Shown here: positions 37,713 through 51,340 of the stretch, in pieces
How the letters are laid out: each line of letters starts with the position of its first letter
Numbering within the stretch: the first letter of the stretch is position 1
From: Callorhinchus milii
Taxonomy: Eukaryota
Length of the DNA: 64,000 nt
Reading direction: 5' to 3'
Assembly: GCF_018977255.1 (NCBI RefSeq)
Contig: NW_024704743.1
Span: forward strand, 40,178,001-40,242,000
Notes under the pieces: model-generated
Seen by the model: only the letters and a program-made list of their open reading frames with translations
The model's database searches: none
What the model was told of the DNA's origin: nothing
Translations under genes and position numbers: made by a program

Positions 37713-39662
37713 GGAAAGAATCTTATCTAAATTTGCACTACTGTTCCTCTATAAATACTTGTGTTACCTTAATTTGAGTTCAGCTAATGTTCAGTCTATG
37801 AAAATGGTGAATTTAATGTGTCAAATGGTCTATTTCAGCCCAGGCTTTCTTATGTTAACATCTGTTTTGCCTTCCTCCTGTTTTATATGTATTAACACAA
37901 ACATCAAACTGAGTTTAAAGAATTGACCTTTGAAGCCACATTGCTCTGGATTAACGAAAAACATTTCAATTTGAAAATGTGCATCTGACTGAAAGTGACG
38001 AGCTGCTTCATTGGCTAGTTCACAGAACAACAACTTGGTGTATTGAAGCCGTACCCTATCTATTAATAGTGTCATCTCAAATCCAGCAATTACACAATTC
38101 ATTCACAAATCATTTCTGACATCTTTGAATGACGTGCCTATGAATGATTAACTGATGTGAACTTGAGGAGCTGTTACAAAGTCTCTTTATTTATTTGACA
38201 TTCGAATGTCCTCACCAGAGATGGAATTCATTTTGGGAAGAACTAGAATGGTACGAATTTGCTGTGCTTGAGGTTGAAAGAGATTGGAGGCACCACAGCA
38301 TTTCAATCTTACAGTTATAACTTTTGACTGTGCAGAACCAACAAAGTCAACCTGAAAAATCTCTGCAGAATATGGGAATAAATTCATCATTTTAAAATGA
38401 TCTGGGGCTGCAATGGACTGCCACATGTATTTTATATAATTGATTTGAAGAATAACATCTAACACTTTTCAACAAATATAGTCATGCTGATATGATTAAA
38501 AAAAAACACAGAGCAAACCTCTGGGGAAATTTTGATGCTGTTTTATGCTCTGATAACATTTTATTCCAGTGTCAAGTGCTTTTCCCTGAAAAAACTGCTC
38601 GCCTGTGCCAGAATATATCTTGTAAACATTTTTGGAAAAGTAGTCCTTGATGCAATGCAATACCGTTAATTACAGTATTACAGTTAAATAATTAGATATT
38701 AAAAATAGACTGGAGCGGAGGTGTTAACAGTTGTTTGAATTCTAAGTAGTAATTATACTCATAATTAACTGCTTAAATGGCTCACATGACTTCTTTATTA
38801 GATACAAATTAAACACAAATTTATTTATTTTGTTCTAAAGGCTCTTATTCACGTTTGGGTATGGTTGAGGGGATGCCACTCAGCACTTTATCATGCTGAA
38901 ATGATGATTTTTCATGCGCGTGTCCAGTGTTGGCAGTTGGCAAGTTACCTAACCACAAGCTGTTGGAAGGGAATACCAAAGATTAGCTTAATTCTAATGT
39001 CCTTTCAAGCATTCATGTGAATCATTGCTAAGTTTTCACTTCCTTTTTTCACTGCCATTGAGATACGCTGTCAGCACCCACTCCCACTGCATCTCGGCCT
39101 GGTTAAATGTACAGATCTGTAATCAAACCTGGAACCTCCTCACCTCTGTCGCCTAGTTCTAAAATGGGCATTGTCTTTATCAACTAAGTCATTGAGAAGG
39201 CAATGCTAGACTTTCTGTAACTAATTAAACAGTTTCCAAAGTGAAAAAAAATAAATGGACAATTATCAATGGCGCAAATTATTGACTGGCTGAAAATTGT
39301 ACTCTAAACAAGCCTTTAAGTCATGACTTGTATCCGCAGAAGTGAATATGTGAATATGCCTTCCAATTTCAGTGAAATGGTTTGGAATGAAGTTTCTATT
39401 TTTAAAAATTATTGATGCCATCCTGGAAGGTGGATGTCGATCAATATTGATGTCTATGAATCTGGCTTTCCAGTGTTTTCTTCCAGGAAAATTGATGATT
39501 CAAGCCACTATCTTACTTTTGCTTGCACTAAAATCCTATTTTCAGAAACAATAAATGGAGCACTGAAATATTCAGGCATAACTATTGTACCAAAGTCAAG
39601 GGGAAGGAATTCTCATTGGTCAGTAAGTTGTACATTCTCACCATTTCTAATTATGATATTGA

Positions 39663-40140
39663 ATAACAACAACAACTTTGGGAAGCTTCTGTTCAATTTA
39701 AGCAACAAAATCAACAGTCGGAGAGGAGGGTGTTGAGATGACAAGGGAGGGAGCGAGGCAGAGGGAATGTGGGATGGAATTCCAGAGGATGGGGGCAGAG
39801 TGGCTCAAGGCCCACCCACCGGTGGTGAGGCGGGCGAGGCAGGGGATGTGAATCAGGCCGGAGCTCGAGGTGAGGATGTAGCGGACAGGTTGGTAGGGGG
39901 TTAGGATGTCGCAGAGGTAAGGGGAAGCAAAACCATCGAGGGCTTTGAAGGGGAGGACTAGGATCTTGAACTGTATCTTCAGTGTGAAGGGAAGCCAGTT
40001 GAGTCGGGCGAGGATGGGGTTGATGGGTTGCAGAGTCTGGTGCGGGAGAGAACACAGGCTGCAGAGTTTTGGACGATCTACAACCTATGGAGGGAGGAGA
40101 TTGGGAAATCGACAAGCAGAGAGTTTGCGTAGTCAAGGTC
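39663..40140 (-). mobile_element. L2 LINE 3' portion with deleted 3' UTR
   Basis: L2 ORF2 C-terminal peptides in shifted frames. The tail region carries a 35-nt segment shared with 58810-58844. Confidence 0.85.
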
Positions 40141-42269
40141 CAGCTAGATCTCCCGACGGACTGTTAAATTGGATTTGAGCCAGGTGCATCCAGTGGCACA
40201 CACCTGGGCCTTAAGGGAGCAGAGGTGACTGGTGTACCAGGGTGAATTCTGTGAGTAAGAGACGGTTCGGGAAGTGAGGGGGAGCAAGGGCATCAAGAGT
40301 GGTTGAGATGGAGATGTGGAGGAGAGTGACCGTGGAGAACAGGTGAACAACTTGAATCCATAGAGCACCCTTCATGCGGGTTAGTTTCTTGAAGCCCTTA
40401 AAGTCGAGGAACTGGACGCTGGACCAGGGAGAGAGGGTAGGTGATCATAGGCATGGACAAAAAAGGTCTTCAGGTTTGACCTGAAGAAGGGAAGGGATTA
40501 AAGTGGATGGACTGAGGCAGAAAGAATATCTGATTTTCTCCAAGCACCTCAATTTCACCACACATTTTGCAGAATACAAATCGTAAACTGAGAGTTGTAA
40601 TTAACTTTAATAAATATGTTCTACAAAATCTGCTTTTTGGTCAGTCGGTTGTCTAACACACATGGAAACCTATTACCATGCTTGAGTATCCAAACCAAAC
40701 TGAGAGTTCCATGGTAGGAATGGCACCATGGAAATTCCATCTTGGAAATGTCATAAATTTGACCTAACATGGATAATGGTCTTTTGGTTAAGCTCCCAAA
40801 GTACACAAGATAAAGAAGGATGAAGAAGGCTCTTCTGGACAATCTCATTCTTTGAAAACACTCGTCCTATTGTTCTCCTATAACAGCATCAAGCTGTTTT
40901 ACTTGTGTTCATGAAACTATATCCAACATTTGTTAGGACATTCAGGAGAGGAAAGAAAACATAATAAATTGATTTACTGACTACATACAAAGCATCACAC
41001 TATGCATTATTAAATAAGTCCCTGGATAATATTATATAGAAGGCTCACGATAGAATTATTCCAAGTTATATAATCTTTAATACCCAATTTTATAGAGCAG
41101 TGAATTTTGTGATTTAACCTCACTTTTCCAGTTCAGTAAAAGTTTAAATAATTTAAAAGCACCAATTGAACATTCTAATGAAAATGAACTTCCTTAGTTG
41201 TTTCTACTGCATCACAGTAGATATCTATACCACACAGAAAAAAAACACTATTACCATTGCTGACCTATTTCCAGTGAACAATACTTGACCTATCTGTTTC
41301 TACTGAATTTTAATGCTGTCACGTATTGCGGTATGAAATGCATCGTGAATTTCTCAAGTTGGTTGGGTAACCTATTTCTTCACATTATTTTTAGCTAACT
41401 TCAAGGGTGAACTAAATCAACTGGAGTGAGAGTATGAGAAAGAATAGACGTGGTAGTTATGGATGTGACTGGGATTATTGAGGCACATATTGAATTTAGC
41501 AGCTGACTGCACTGTAAATCTTGAAAGTGAACTATTTGAAGGAAAGTTTCAAATATATTCTATTTTAACTTTCCCTTTTCCACTTTGATTTTTTTAAAAA
41601 GATAAACACTATGTGAATAGCTAGAGGTGTCATAGCATTTGCAACTGGTTTTCTGACCTTGGTATTGATATTGTCTGATTTACAGATCAATACTTCTCAT
41701 CAAAATTGGATATTTATTCTTTAGATTTGTTATTTGGTAATGTGAATCTTCTTCCCCACATTAGCAGGATTGTTGAAGGCACTTGAAGGGGAAGAAAGAA
41801 ATGATAATGGGATTGTCCTCAGTAGACATATTCAGTACAGGGGCAGGAAAATCAGTTACTGAATTTAGGTTTGATAACTTCTGGAAGGCATTTCTTGAGG
41901 ATTAAGCAGAAACTGGATACTGACCTTCTCTGGTCTTTGGTTTTATCCTCTGGAGGAACATGATAGTTATTTGAAGAGGGAAAATATTTATATTTTCAAA
42001 ATGAAAGGGATAAGTAAATGAGAGAACATTCTTAAGAGAACATTTAAGGAGTTCCGACAAGGAAATTCAACTTGGAAAATGGAATCAATTTCTCAAACTA
42101 TTTGTTTATTCTTCTGGGAGTTACTTAGATATATAACAGAGGGCTCAAACCTACATTTCTCGAATGACCGACTAGTGACTATTTTCCGGGGGGTGGGGGT
42201 GGGGGTGGGGTGTAGGAGGGGTCCGAGATGAATGATATGTTTCACAAAGAATTGTGAAAATTCAGTCAA

Positions 42270-42515
42270 TCTCCCGTGGCAGTCTCAGTAGTCTCATACC
42301 TGAGTCAGGATAGTCTGTAGTTCTCCAGGGTGTTGTTGCCGGCAGATATAGAAGGACAGACACTGGGAGTGGGGATTCTTCCCATTCAGCTCCTGTAACT
42401 AACCCTGAAACTTAAAGTTCTGATAGGTAAGATGGTCCTAGGGGGACAAGCAATGGAAAGCTTGTCAGACAGTGGTAAGCCATATGGTTTTAGCTGTTTA
42501 AACCAGTTGTACCTC
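42270..42515 (+). repeat. Unclassified dispersed repeat, copy 2
   Basis: gcagtctcagtagtct..cctgagtcagg..cccattcagctcctgtaac..ggacaagcaatggaaagcttgtcagacag matches 48680-48970 (-). Confidence 0.7.
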
Positions 42516-42516
42516 A

Positions 42517-42884
42517 ATAATAATAATCCTTGCATTTTGAATAGCGCCTTACCACATCATCGAGATGTCTTAAAACTCTTCACAGAATATACTATAAAGT
42601 GAATTGACTGAAATATTTTGTGGGCGAAACATGGCAGCCAATTGCGCATAACAATGTCCCATAAACAGTCGTGGATGAGTGACCAATTTATTATATTTTA
42701 GAAGGAATTATTACACCCAGAAAAGCGATCTGCCAAACAACTAACAACTGGGTTCCTACTTACTGGTAGATAAACAGAGGCATGTGGAGTAAGGAAACTT
42801 GACCATTGTTTCGCCCTGCCTGAAATCGAACCCAGGTCTCTCGCTTGCGAGGCGAGTGCTCTAACCACTGAGCTACAGGATTCC
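42517..42884 (-). mobile_element. tRNA-SINE type B, full length
   Basis: tRNA(Ala)-like head, CORE-like ggtcaagtttccttactccacatgcctctgtttatctaccagtaagtagg, Deu 3' part and tail. Confidence 0.92.
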
Positions 42885-43164
42885 ACAATGTAAGTTATGG
42901 GTTCCCTCTTTCTGGTAACGTATACCATTCATTAATTAAAGAAACATTCTCTTTCCTAAAATTGTCCTTTGTAACCCTAAGGCTGTGTACCCTTGTGCTG
43001 CTGTCTCAGTGTATCTGAAAGTATTGTTTCGAATTTAGTTTCTCATTTCCATTTAAAATGTTATATAGCTCTATAAGGTCCCTTCTGAGATTTTTGTTAC
43101 AAGACCGAAGAGCCCTAATATGTCTAATCATTGCTCATTCTGATAACAATAGGGATCCTGAGGT

Positions 43165-43550
43165 ACGAGTCAAAAGGTTGTAGGTTGAAGTCCTGTTACA
43201 GCACTCACAAACTCGGCTAATATTCCAAAGCAAGTGCAGAGGGAACATTTTGTTGCTGGAGGTGCTGTCCTTTGAATGAGCTATTAAAACAAGATCCCAT
43301 CTGTTTGTTCAAGTAGATGCTTAAAAAATCCATGGCATCATTTGTAAAGAGAAAGGAGTTTCTCCCAGTATAATGCCTAACAATTATCCAGATAAAATTG
43401 ATCATTGAATTCCTAGCTCTTTATGGGTCATTGCTGTGCAGAAATTGACTGTTACGTTCGCTACAAAATGCACAGTCACTACAGCCGCGTAAATCCTGTG
43501 CAGCTTTGAGATGCCCTCTCAATGTGAAATGCATTATATCATATTCAAGT
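43165..43550 (+). mobile_element. DeuSINE-like SINE
   Basis: ggaggtgctgtcctttgaatgagctattaaaac..gatgcttaaaaaatccatggca..ttgctgtgcagaaattgactg. Confidence 0.75.
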
Positions 43551-44439
43551 ATTAATTGTCATATTGTTATGATAATTATTATATATCATCCTCATTGATT
43601 TCCTCTGCACTTTTCGATGACGCAGTCTCCATATGTCGTAGTATTGTATGCAATACTCCAAATGTACCCAGACTATATTTAGATTCCACTGTCCAACTCG
43701 TGATTGCTGTCTAGGTCAACACTAGATGAGATCTGATTGAGATTTCCCCTACAGTCCAACACTCTGCTGATTTTCTGACATTACTGTCAAAGTAGATTAT
43801 AGAAAGCCCGTTTTGCTTGCTGGTCATCTTTTAAGAGTTTGCCATCTTGGGATTTGCAAACAATATGTTCCACCAGAGTGGCAACTGTACCAAAACATCT
43901 TACTTTTTAAAATATTTACAATTTGGTATGTATCCCCCCCAAAATATAATGTAATAGCCAGATGCAAACTCAACAATAAAATTAGAATATAAAATGGTAG
44001 GCTATAGATTACATTTTATTATCAGATCTAATCTGTTTTAATACATTCCAGTTTTAATACTGTTTTAAAACCTTCCTTTCAAACAGACTCTCCTTTCTGG
44101 ACTGACTGTCACATTTTTCACTGCAGAATGCTGTCTGTTATTGAATATACAGATTTGCATTTTACTGAGTCAGCTAATCTAAATAACCAACATCTCAAAG
44201 CATAAGTCAAAGGCTCAGAGACTATAATTAGAATAAATTCACAATTCCAGGGAGATGACCTCTGAAGAAAGCAATGCGTGAATCCCAGGAGAATTAAACG
44301 AAAATCAGAGATTTGGTTACAGATGATTCCTGATACTGCCAGCGACACCACCATCTTGAATTATTGCATTTGAAGATTTCTGCACTCTGATGCTTCTTCC
44401 AATAACAGAGATCGGTATTTGAGTGCAGCAAAAAACAGG

Positions 44440-44935
44440 ATAATGAGTTATCTATCATAGAAGGATAGATGAATTTTGGAGTGTGCCCAGTGATGGTTCA
44501 CTAGATTAATACCTGTATGAAAAGGGTATAGTTATGATGAGAGGCTGATAGACTGGGGTTATATTCCTTTAGGCGTGTTCTGAGGTATTTAAAATAATAA
44601 AATGAATGGACTAGTAGGATAGTGAATGACTCATCTCATTGGTAGAGGAAACCAATACAAGGGAGGACAGGCCTAAAAATCAGAACTAAAACAATTAGAA
44701 TTGCGATCAGGAAGTATTTCTTCACACACAGGGTTGTGAAGATATGTAACGCTCTGCTCTAGAAAGCTGTGGGGTGGAATCAATAGGAATGTTTCAAAGG
44801 GAGATAGATACTTGCATAGTAAAAATATTAAATGGTATAGTGAAAGGGTGATGCATTTGAATTGAAAGATCTGTCAAGATCTAATACTAATGGAACAGAC
44901 TCAAAGGGCTGAATAGCCTCCTCCTCCTTTACTAT
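44440..44935 (+). mobile_element. CR1 LINE 3' region
   Basis: Degenerate ..FTRLIP.MKG.SYDERL..LGL.. and IRKYFFTHRVV, ending in tcaaagggctgaatagcctcctcct. Confidence 0.82.
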
Positions 44936-47900
44936 ATTTTCTAAGAACCACTCATCCCCAGAAGTTGGAGGGGAAAGATGAGTAACCAACGACAGTTCAG
45001 GAATTCTCACATTGAGTCCATTATGAAACAGACAAACATCCCCTAATTTAGTGAAAAATAAGATGTCAGGTTTGAACCCAGTTCATCAATTTAATTTTTG
45101 TTTATTTGTTTAGTTCCGAATTTAGTCAATTTCTGTTTCCATGAGCCAAATCATACCATTAGATAAATACTTAAACATTCACAAATGTTTGGAAGTGATT
45201 TCTTTTTAGGGAAAATAAATACAAATTCTTTGTCACTACACAAGAATGGCTTCCAAATACGTTTTTATTGATTTTTAGCTGCTTGCTTTGTATAATAGTT
45301 GACTGTTGATGTTTTACCTTCTATTCATAGGATTTTCCATTGTGTATTCCTGCACTTAGAAAAATTGAATAAAGTCCCCACAGTTGTGTTCTTTAGACGT
45401 TCTTTGAGAGTGTGGGCAGAAAGCTCTTTCAAAATGCTAATGTGATTCTCCAGGGTAAAACATTAATTCCAAACAAAATCTAAACGAATATCATGTGACT
45501 TCTATTATTTAGCATATGGATAAGTTTCAGCTTGAAGGGTCACTGCCAACATGATTTGAGTGTTGATGGCTCATGAAATCTGAAGGAATTGCATCACTGC
45601 AAATAACATGCAACAAGATATTTAAACACCTTCTGAAGGTTAAAGTTCACAATTTGAGCTTGAAAGCAAATAATAAATATTAAATATAGGATACCATTTA
45701 GCGCATTTCTTAATTTTTTTCTTACATGTCATCTCTAAACTCTTCCCACCTCAAAAAGGATATTTGGCTTTTTCCATGGTTAACTATATCAAGATACAAC
45801 TCAGTGGGTTAATCTAACATTATTCAACCATTAAATGATTTTAATAGGACATCTACTAACATGGTCCTTTTATCAATTCTTCGGGAATTATGGCTCAGTG
45901 CAATTACTAAGCCTTGTTCAACTCATTACAAAACATTATTCAGCTGTTCAAAAAATAAATCATTAATCATACGTACTTGATGAACTGGGTGCAACAGTAA
46001 CCCATGAAAGATCCCTTTTCGTTCTGAAAATTATTGTACTCATCAAAGTGTAGCAGTAATGAGACTGTTTTCCATCATAGGTTCCAATGTCCCAGGTCAG
46101 ATAGTTCACAGCAACTACATCATAAATCTCCTTTTTTTGTACCTACAGCAATATGTTGTTGTTCAACTCTGCCACTGTACAGTTGTTGTTTTTGTCATCC
46201 ACAATTATATTGAGAATTAAAAACAAATTAAAGACAGTTTTGTCCTGTGGGCTACGTCAAATAGGAAGCAGGTTGAGATTATCTCTTTTTTTCAGATAGG
46301 ACCCCAGCAACCAGTTGAGTCCTTTCAGTCTGATCAACATTAAAAGTCAGACCTCTGTTCTAATATGTTAACTCATCATATTGCTCATTTCACCTTTATT
46401 TTTAAGGTCCTGACTTGTTAGCCTTTGGTGGCTTAGAATTCATAATTCAAGTAACTCACAATTTGATATAGGCAAACCAGAAATCACAATTAATGTAATA
46501 AATGTGNTTTTTGTATATTTCATTCAATAATAATTGTTATAGTTAATATGTCAAAATATCTCAAAGCATGTCACAGGATCTGTTATGGTCCTCAAAAGAC
46601 ATAATATGGGTTGCTAAATGCATCCAAAAAATGCCATCTCTAACGATGCAACTTTCCTCCAGCACTGTAAAATTCATGTTCCTATCCGGGCATTCAGCCC
46701 ACAACCCTCTGTACTGGAGGAGCGAGAGCTATGAAATGTGGCAAGATGACATAAGGTGATTGTTTCCCTTTACCTTCAAGTTGGTGACATGCAGGGTTGT
46801 GATTTATAGAAATCACCAGCCCTTCAGTACCTTTCCTTCAGGACTCAGAACATCAATCGACTACTTAATCATGAGGAACATCCTAGCTGAGCCCAATCTT
46901 GTGCTCACCAACTGGGATCCATGATACACTATGCAAATAACAGCAGTGGTCACCAGATAGCAATCTGGGACACTAGATAGCAATCTGCTGATCTTTGCGA
47001 AGAGTTTTGCATTCTGACATAGGGGACAATTAAGCAGCACAAAAGATGTAACGCCAAAGGATAAGGCAGCTTAGAAATGCTTTTGAGCACACCATCTCTT
47101 ATTGTTGAATAATAGAGCAGAAGTTAACACACTTGTAAACTGAATAATGTAATGTGAATGAGATTTCAAAGTAAAACATAATTTTTATTAAGTTTCAATT
47201 AAAAACTACCTCACCTAAATTGGTCATTACAAATGAATGCAGATTGCTAAATCAGTTGAAAGCCAGGAATAGATGTACTGTTTACAGTTACTATTTATTT
47301 TATACAATGCAAATTACCAAGAGTTCACTGTCAGAGTTTAAGAAAGCAACGACATTTGAAGGCTTGAGTTTTGACAAATGCACTCTGCCTTTTAACACCC
47401 TGGTAGGTGCACATCAGCCAAGCTACTTGCATCTGAAGCTTATAGGCATGTTGCCAACTCCAGCATGAGAGTGAGACTTCTCACCTCAACAACGTGCCCT
47501 GCTTCATATCGCTCCTGGAATAAATTTAATTCTAATTTTCGCAAATCGATGCATGTTAGATAAGCGATCTTTGAGATTAAGATATATTAACATGTTAGTA
47601 ATGATGACTCTGTGTATATTCCTGAAAAGCTAAAAGGCAACACTGTGCCAAGAATCCTGTCTTCTTGCAATGCAAAAGGGTCACAGAATTCAGAAATATC
47701 AGGAAAGATTCCTTGTAATCTTTTATGCAGAAAGACTTCTTGGTAATTGCATTTTCTTTTCAGTTTGCAGAGGCATCTGTGCAGCTGATCCAGGTGCCTA
47801 GGGTGCTATTCAAGCTAATGAAATTAGACAAGGCATATAAGTATGCAGATGGTTCCAGGTCTGAATAAACAGGGCAGCTGGTGCAAATGGTGACTCTCTA

Positions 47901-48499
47901 ACTATTACTATCTGGAGGAACATTGACAATGCAGTGAAAATATGGCATGTTAATATGTTGTGAGAATTATCACACTGACCAAATTTTGGGTCAAAAGAAG
48001 TCGACAGTCAGCACTGATCTGGAGGGGAAGGGAATGCTGTTCAACGCTGTATTTTTGGTCATTGATAATTCCACATGCCACAATGTTTCACACAACACGT
48101 TAAAACATTTGATTCACTTGTACTGAAAATTAGACCCAGTTGACTAGCCAAACACCATGGGAATTAACTGTACTTCCCTGTCAAACTCCTAATTCAAAAT
48201 ATGTTCCAGTTATTTTAAGAAACTAAATTTGTTTTCAATAATTTCAAAACACGAAACTTTCTGCTACCCCCCTTTGTAAAATTTACTGTGTAAAAAATTA
48301 CAATCATTGACCCAGCAAGAGTGTTGTTTTTCCACAGCAACGGATGATTGAGCCACTATCCCAGCACAGCTTTACCTGTTTCATGAAACCTATATGATGT
48401 ATAGACACAATGGAGTGCTTTCACTCTCTTTGTAGAGAAAACAAGAAAAAATGGTGCCACCTTGATTTTTGAGGAGAAGATCAATATATATGTATATAC

Positions 48500-48995
48500 A
48501 TTGGTCAGCCGGGTATCTGATGCACGTGGAAACCCATCACCATGCTTAAGAGTATCCAAAGAAAACTGAGAATTGCATCCATCGCACGTACACCCAAAAT
48601 TCTCATGGCATCCTCTTTACCTAACTCCGATACATATAAGGCGCAAGGTAGCAAGAGTCAAGGGTTGGAGACCCCAGAGTGTGTGTTGGGAGTACTTCTG
48701 GAGTCTAACCAGCTTAAACCGCATAGCTTGCCATTGATATTGCTGTCTGGCAAGCTTTCCCGCTGCTTGTCCAGCTGGGATCACCCTACCCGTTAGGGCT
48801 TTGGCTTGCAGTGTTAACAGGAGCTGAGTGGGATGACCCCCCGCCCCCAACCCAGTGACTGGTATGCCCTTCCAGGTACTGCTGTTGAGCCAGGCTGGCT
48901 GTGCTGTCATCAGCAGTGCCCTGGAATACTGTGGACCCGCCTGGCTCAGGCCCCAGACTACCGAGACTGCTAGCTCGATTCCGACATCCCCCATC
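48500..48995 (-). repeat. Unclassified dispersed repeat, longest copy (about 500 bp)
   Basis: One part matches 17895-18120 and 42270-42515. The other end (ttggtcagccgggtatctga..ggaaaccc..ccatgctt..gagtatccaaa) matches 40637-40712. Confidence 0.65.
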
Positions 48996-49482
48996 AAAAT
49001 GTAGAAAGTGAAATAAGATCAAAGAGACAAAAAATAAAAATCAAGGATATACAAATGGCACCTCTGTACTACACTGAAGAATGTATTTTGAGTTCTATAA
49101 TCACAATAGCAGAGACTAGATAATGTTTATACTACCTGTTCAGTGTTGCAAAGCAGAGCTCATGCGTTATACACAAACCCATGCATTGAACTCTACTCAC
49201 TGGCTTTTCATTCATTAACAGCAATCTTCATTTATATAGCATCTTTCACATTCACATCTCGGAACACACAGAGGGTCACAGGAATGATTATCAGCTTAGT
49301 GGACCAAATATACTGAGTATTTTTAAACTTCTAACAATTTACCTTTCTTAAACTGACTTCCCAGCAGTTTCTGTTTTGCTACAGATGATGCTCAGCTTCC
49401 CGGGTTATTGGCTGAAAGCACATCCAACCATGCTTCTTACCAGGTGCTGTGATTCAGTCACTCCAACAGTAATTGCTTGAAC

Positions 49483-49647
49483 ATAAGGCAAATTACTGCA
49501 GATGTTAGAAATCTGGTATAAACACAAAAGTTGCTGGGAACATGCAGCAAGTCAGGCAGCATCCATGAAGAGAGTTAAACCCCTTCAAATTTATTATTAT
49601 TTATGATTATTATTATTATTTCAGGTGAATGATTTTTCATCAGAACA
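49483..49647 (-). mobile_element. Short PLE terminal unit with degenerate hammerhead, interrupted by an AT-rich insert
   Basis: Similar to 11810-11935. Minus strand gttCTGATGAaaaatcattcacctGAAA. Flanked by AACAGTAATTGCTTGAAC / AACAATAATTGCTTAAAT (15/18). Confidence 0.75.
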
Positions 49648-50479
49648 ATAATTGCTTAAATTTAATTTAAGCAAAAATTGCTTAAAAGCAGTGATTTGCA
49701 GGAATTCATCAGCAAGAGACAGGAAAAGAAGTTGGACTGCAGTACAAACAACCCATTTCCCGTGAGCCATATGGTAGCTGCACCATGCCAATGCAACCTA
49801 TACTAATGCTAATGGCAAGATATAATATCTCAGGCTGAGTCGTGACTGAAACCCTGACACCTAGGATTTCGCAAACATCAGCAGCTTTGGCTCTTGTGCT
49901 GAAGACATTACAAATTCCACTCTACAGTGCTTGAGTATCTTACAATGAGAGAGAATGCATGAGCAGCACAGCTTCCTCTATGTGATGTATGGGGAGGAGG
50001 GAGAAGGTGATGGGGGATAGAGAGAGAGAGTGAAGAAACTAGGGACAGTTATCTGGGGACTGCTCATTGACTATGATAGCATTTCAGCACTTTGCTGTTT
50101 CCATTTTTCAAACTAAATTACACATTTAGTTTACACACATAACTACCTGAAGTTCAGTTCTAATTGTGCTCAATTATCTTGTCAGCATATTCCATTGAAG
50201 CCTGCATGAGATTTTCTCATTTAAAAGAGCACTGATTCGATTCAAAATCCATGAATTCAAAAACACAGAAGTCCTCTTTTTCATCCGTTCTTAAGGGGCT
50301 GCACAAATGCTGATGTGTGTTATTAAAATCAAATTTGGGTTGTCTGCCTGCTCAAGAAAAAAATCTAATCTGGTTTGACACTGAGTTGCATTCCATTGTA
50401 ATCCCTGATTGTTTACATAAACTGTAATCATGAAAATGGGAGCAATGTTATCAGATATCAGATTGGTACTATTTTGAAT

Positions 50480-50810
50480 AAGGAACATGTGGTTTCAATC
50501 TGCCTTTAAGATTTTCATCTGGGATCTGACCAAGTGCTTTCCTCAATCTTTGCAATATCGCTGTCTCTACCACAATCTCACCTCCAATACTGCCTAAACA
50601 ACCATCCATGCGTATGACATCTTCAACTTTAATTTTCCCAAAGTACTGCTTGTAGGCCTCCACAGCTCTAACTTCACAAATTCCAGACCATCCAGAACTC
50701 TACAGCCTGTAATTTCTTTCACACTAGGCTCCATGAGCCAATCACTCCCATTTTTACCTGGCTCCACTAGTTCCATATGTCCCAACATATTGACTTTAAG
50801 ATCCTTAACC
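50480..50810 (+). mobile_element. L2 LINE fragment, old
   Basis: Degenerate ..AFLNLCNIA..TIHAYM.S..LHKFQTIQNSTA..LH*FH region. Confidence 0.65.
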
Positions 50811-51340
50811 TTACAACAACAACATCTTGCATTTGTATTGTGCCCTTTTCGCAGGGTAGTGTCCCAGAGCATTTACTTTCAAATATCTCCAAGGCTTTGC
50901 CATATCCCAACCACTGATCTCCTACAACCTTATTCCCCCAGCCACTTTCTTTGCTTCACCAATTCTAGACAATCATACAATCATGCACACTGCCCCTTTT
51001 TCCCCCAAACCCATTTAGCTCCACAATTGGTAGGCAGGCTAGTATTTTAGTCAATCAAAGCATAAGATTAAAATGATTGACATGATTGTATGATTGATGT
51101 GAACAGGTAATCTTTTCATATAATATTTTTCAAAAACAGAAGAGCTATTATTCAATGATTTCTTAGTGCTGGCCCTAGTGCCCAGATGCACTAGAACAAG
51201 ATAACATATGAATGGACGAAGAGAAGTGGATTTCTCAAAAAAAAGTTACAAAATCATGCACAATTGGCTGAATGAATAAACGTAATGCATCTTGGTACAA
51301 AGTATTACAAACAATCAATATCCTTATTTTGGTTGATCAG

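Noticed and set aside
48500..48560. HDV-like ribozyme (TCCACGT loop) at the end of the unclassified repeat
   Set aside because: I could not form P1 or P3 pairings.
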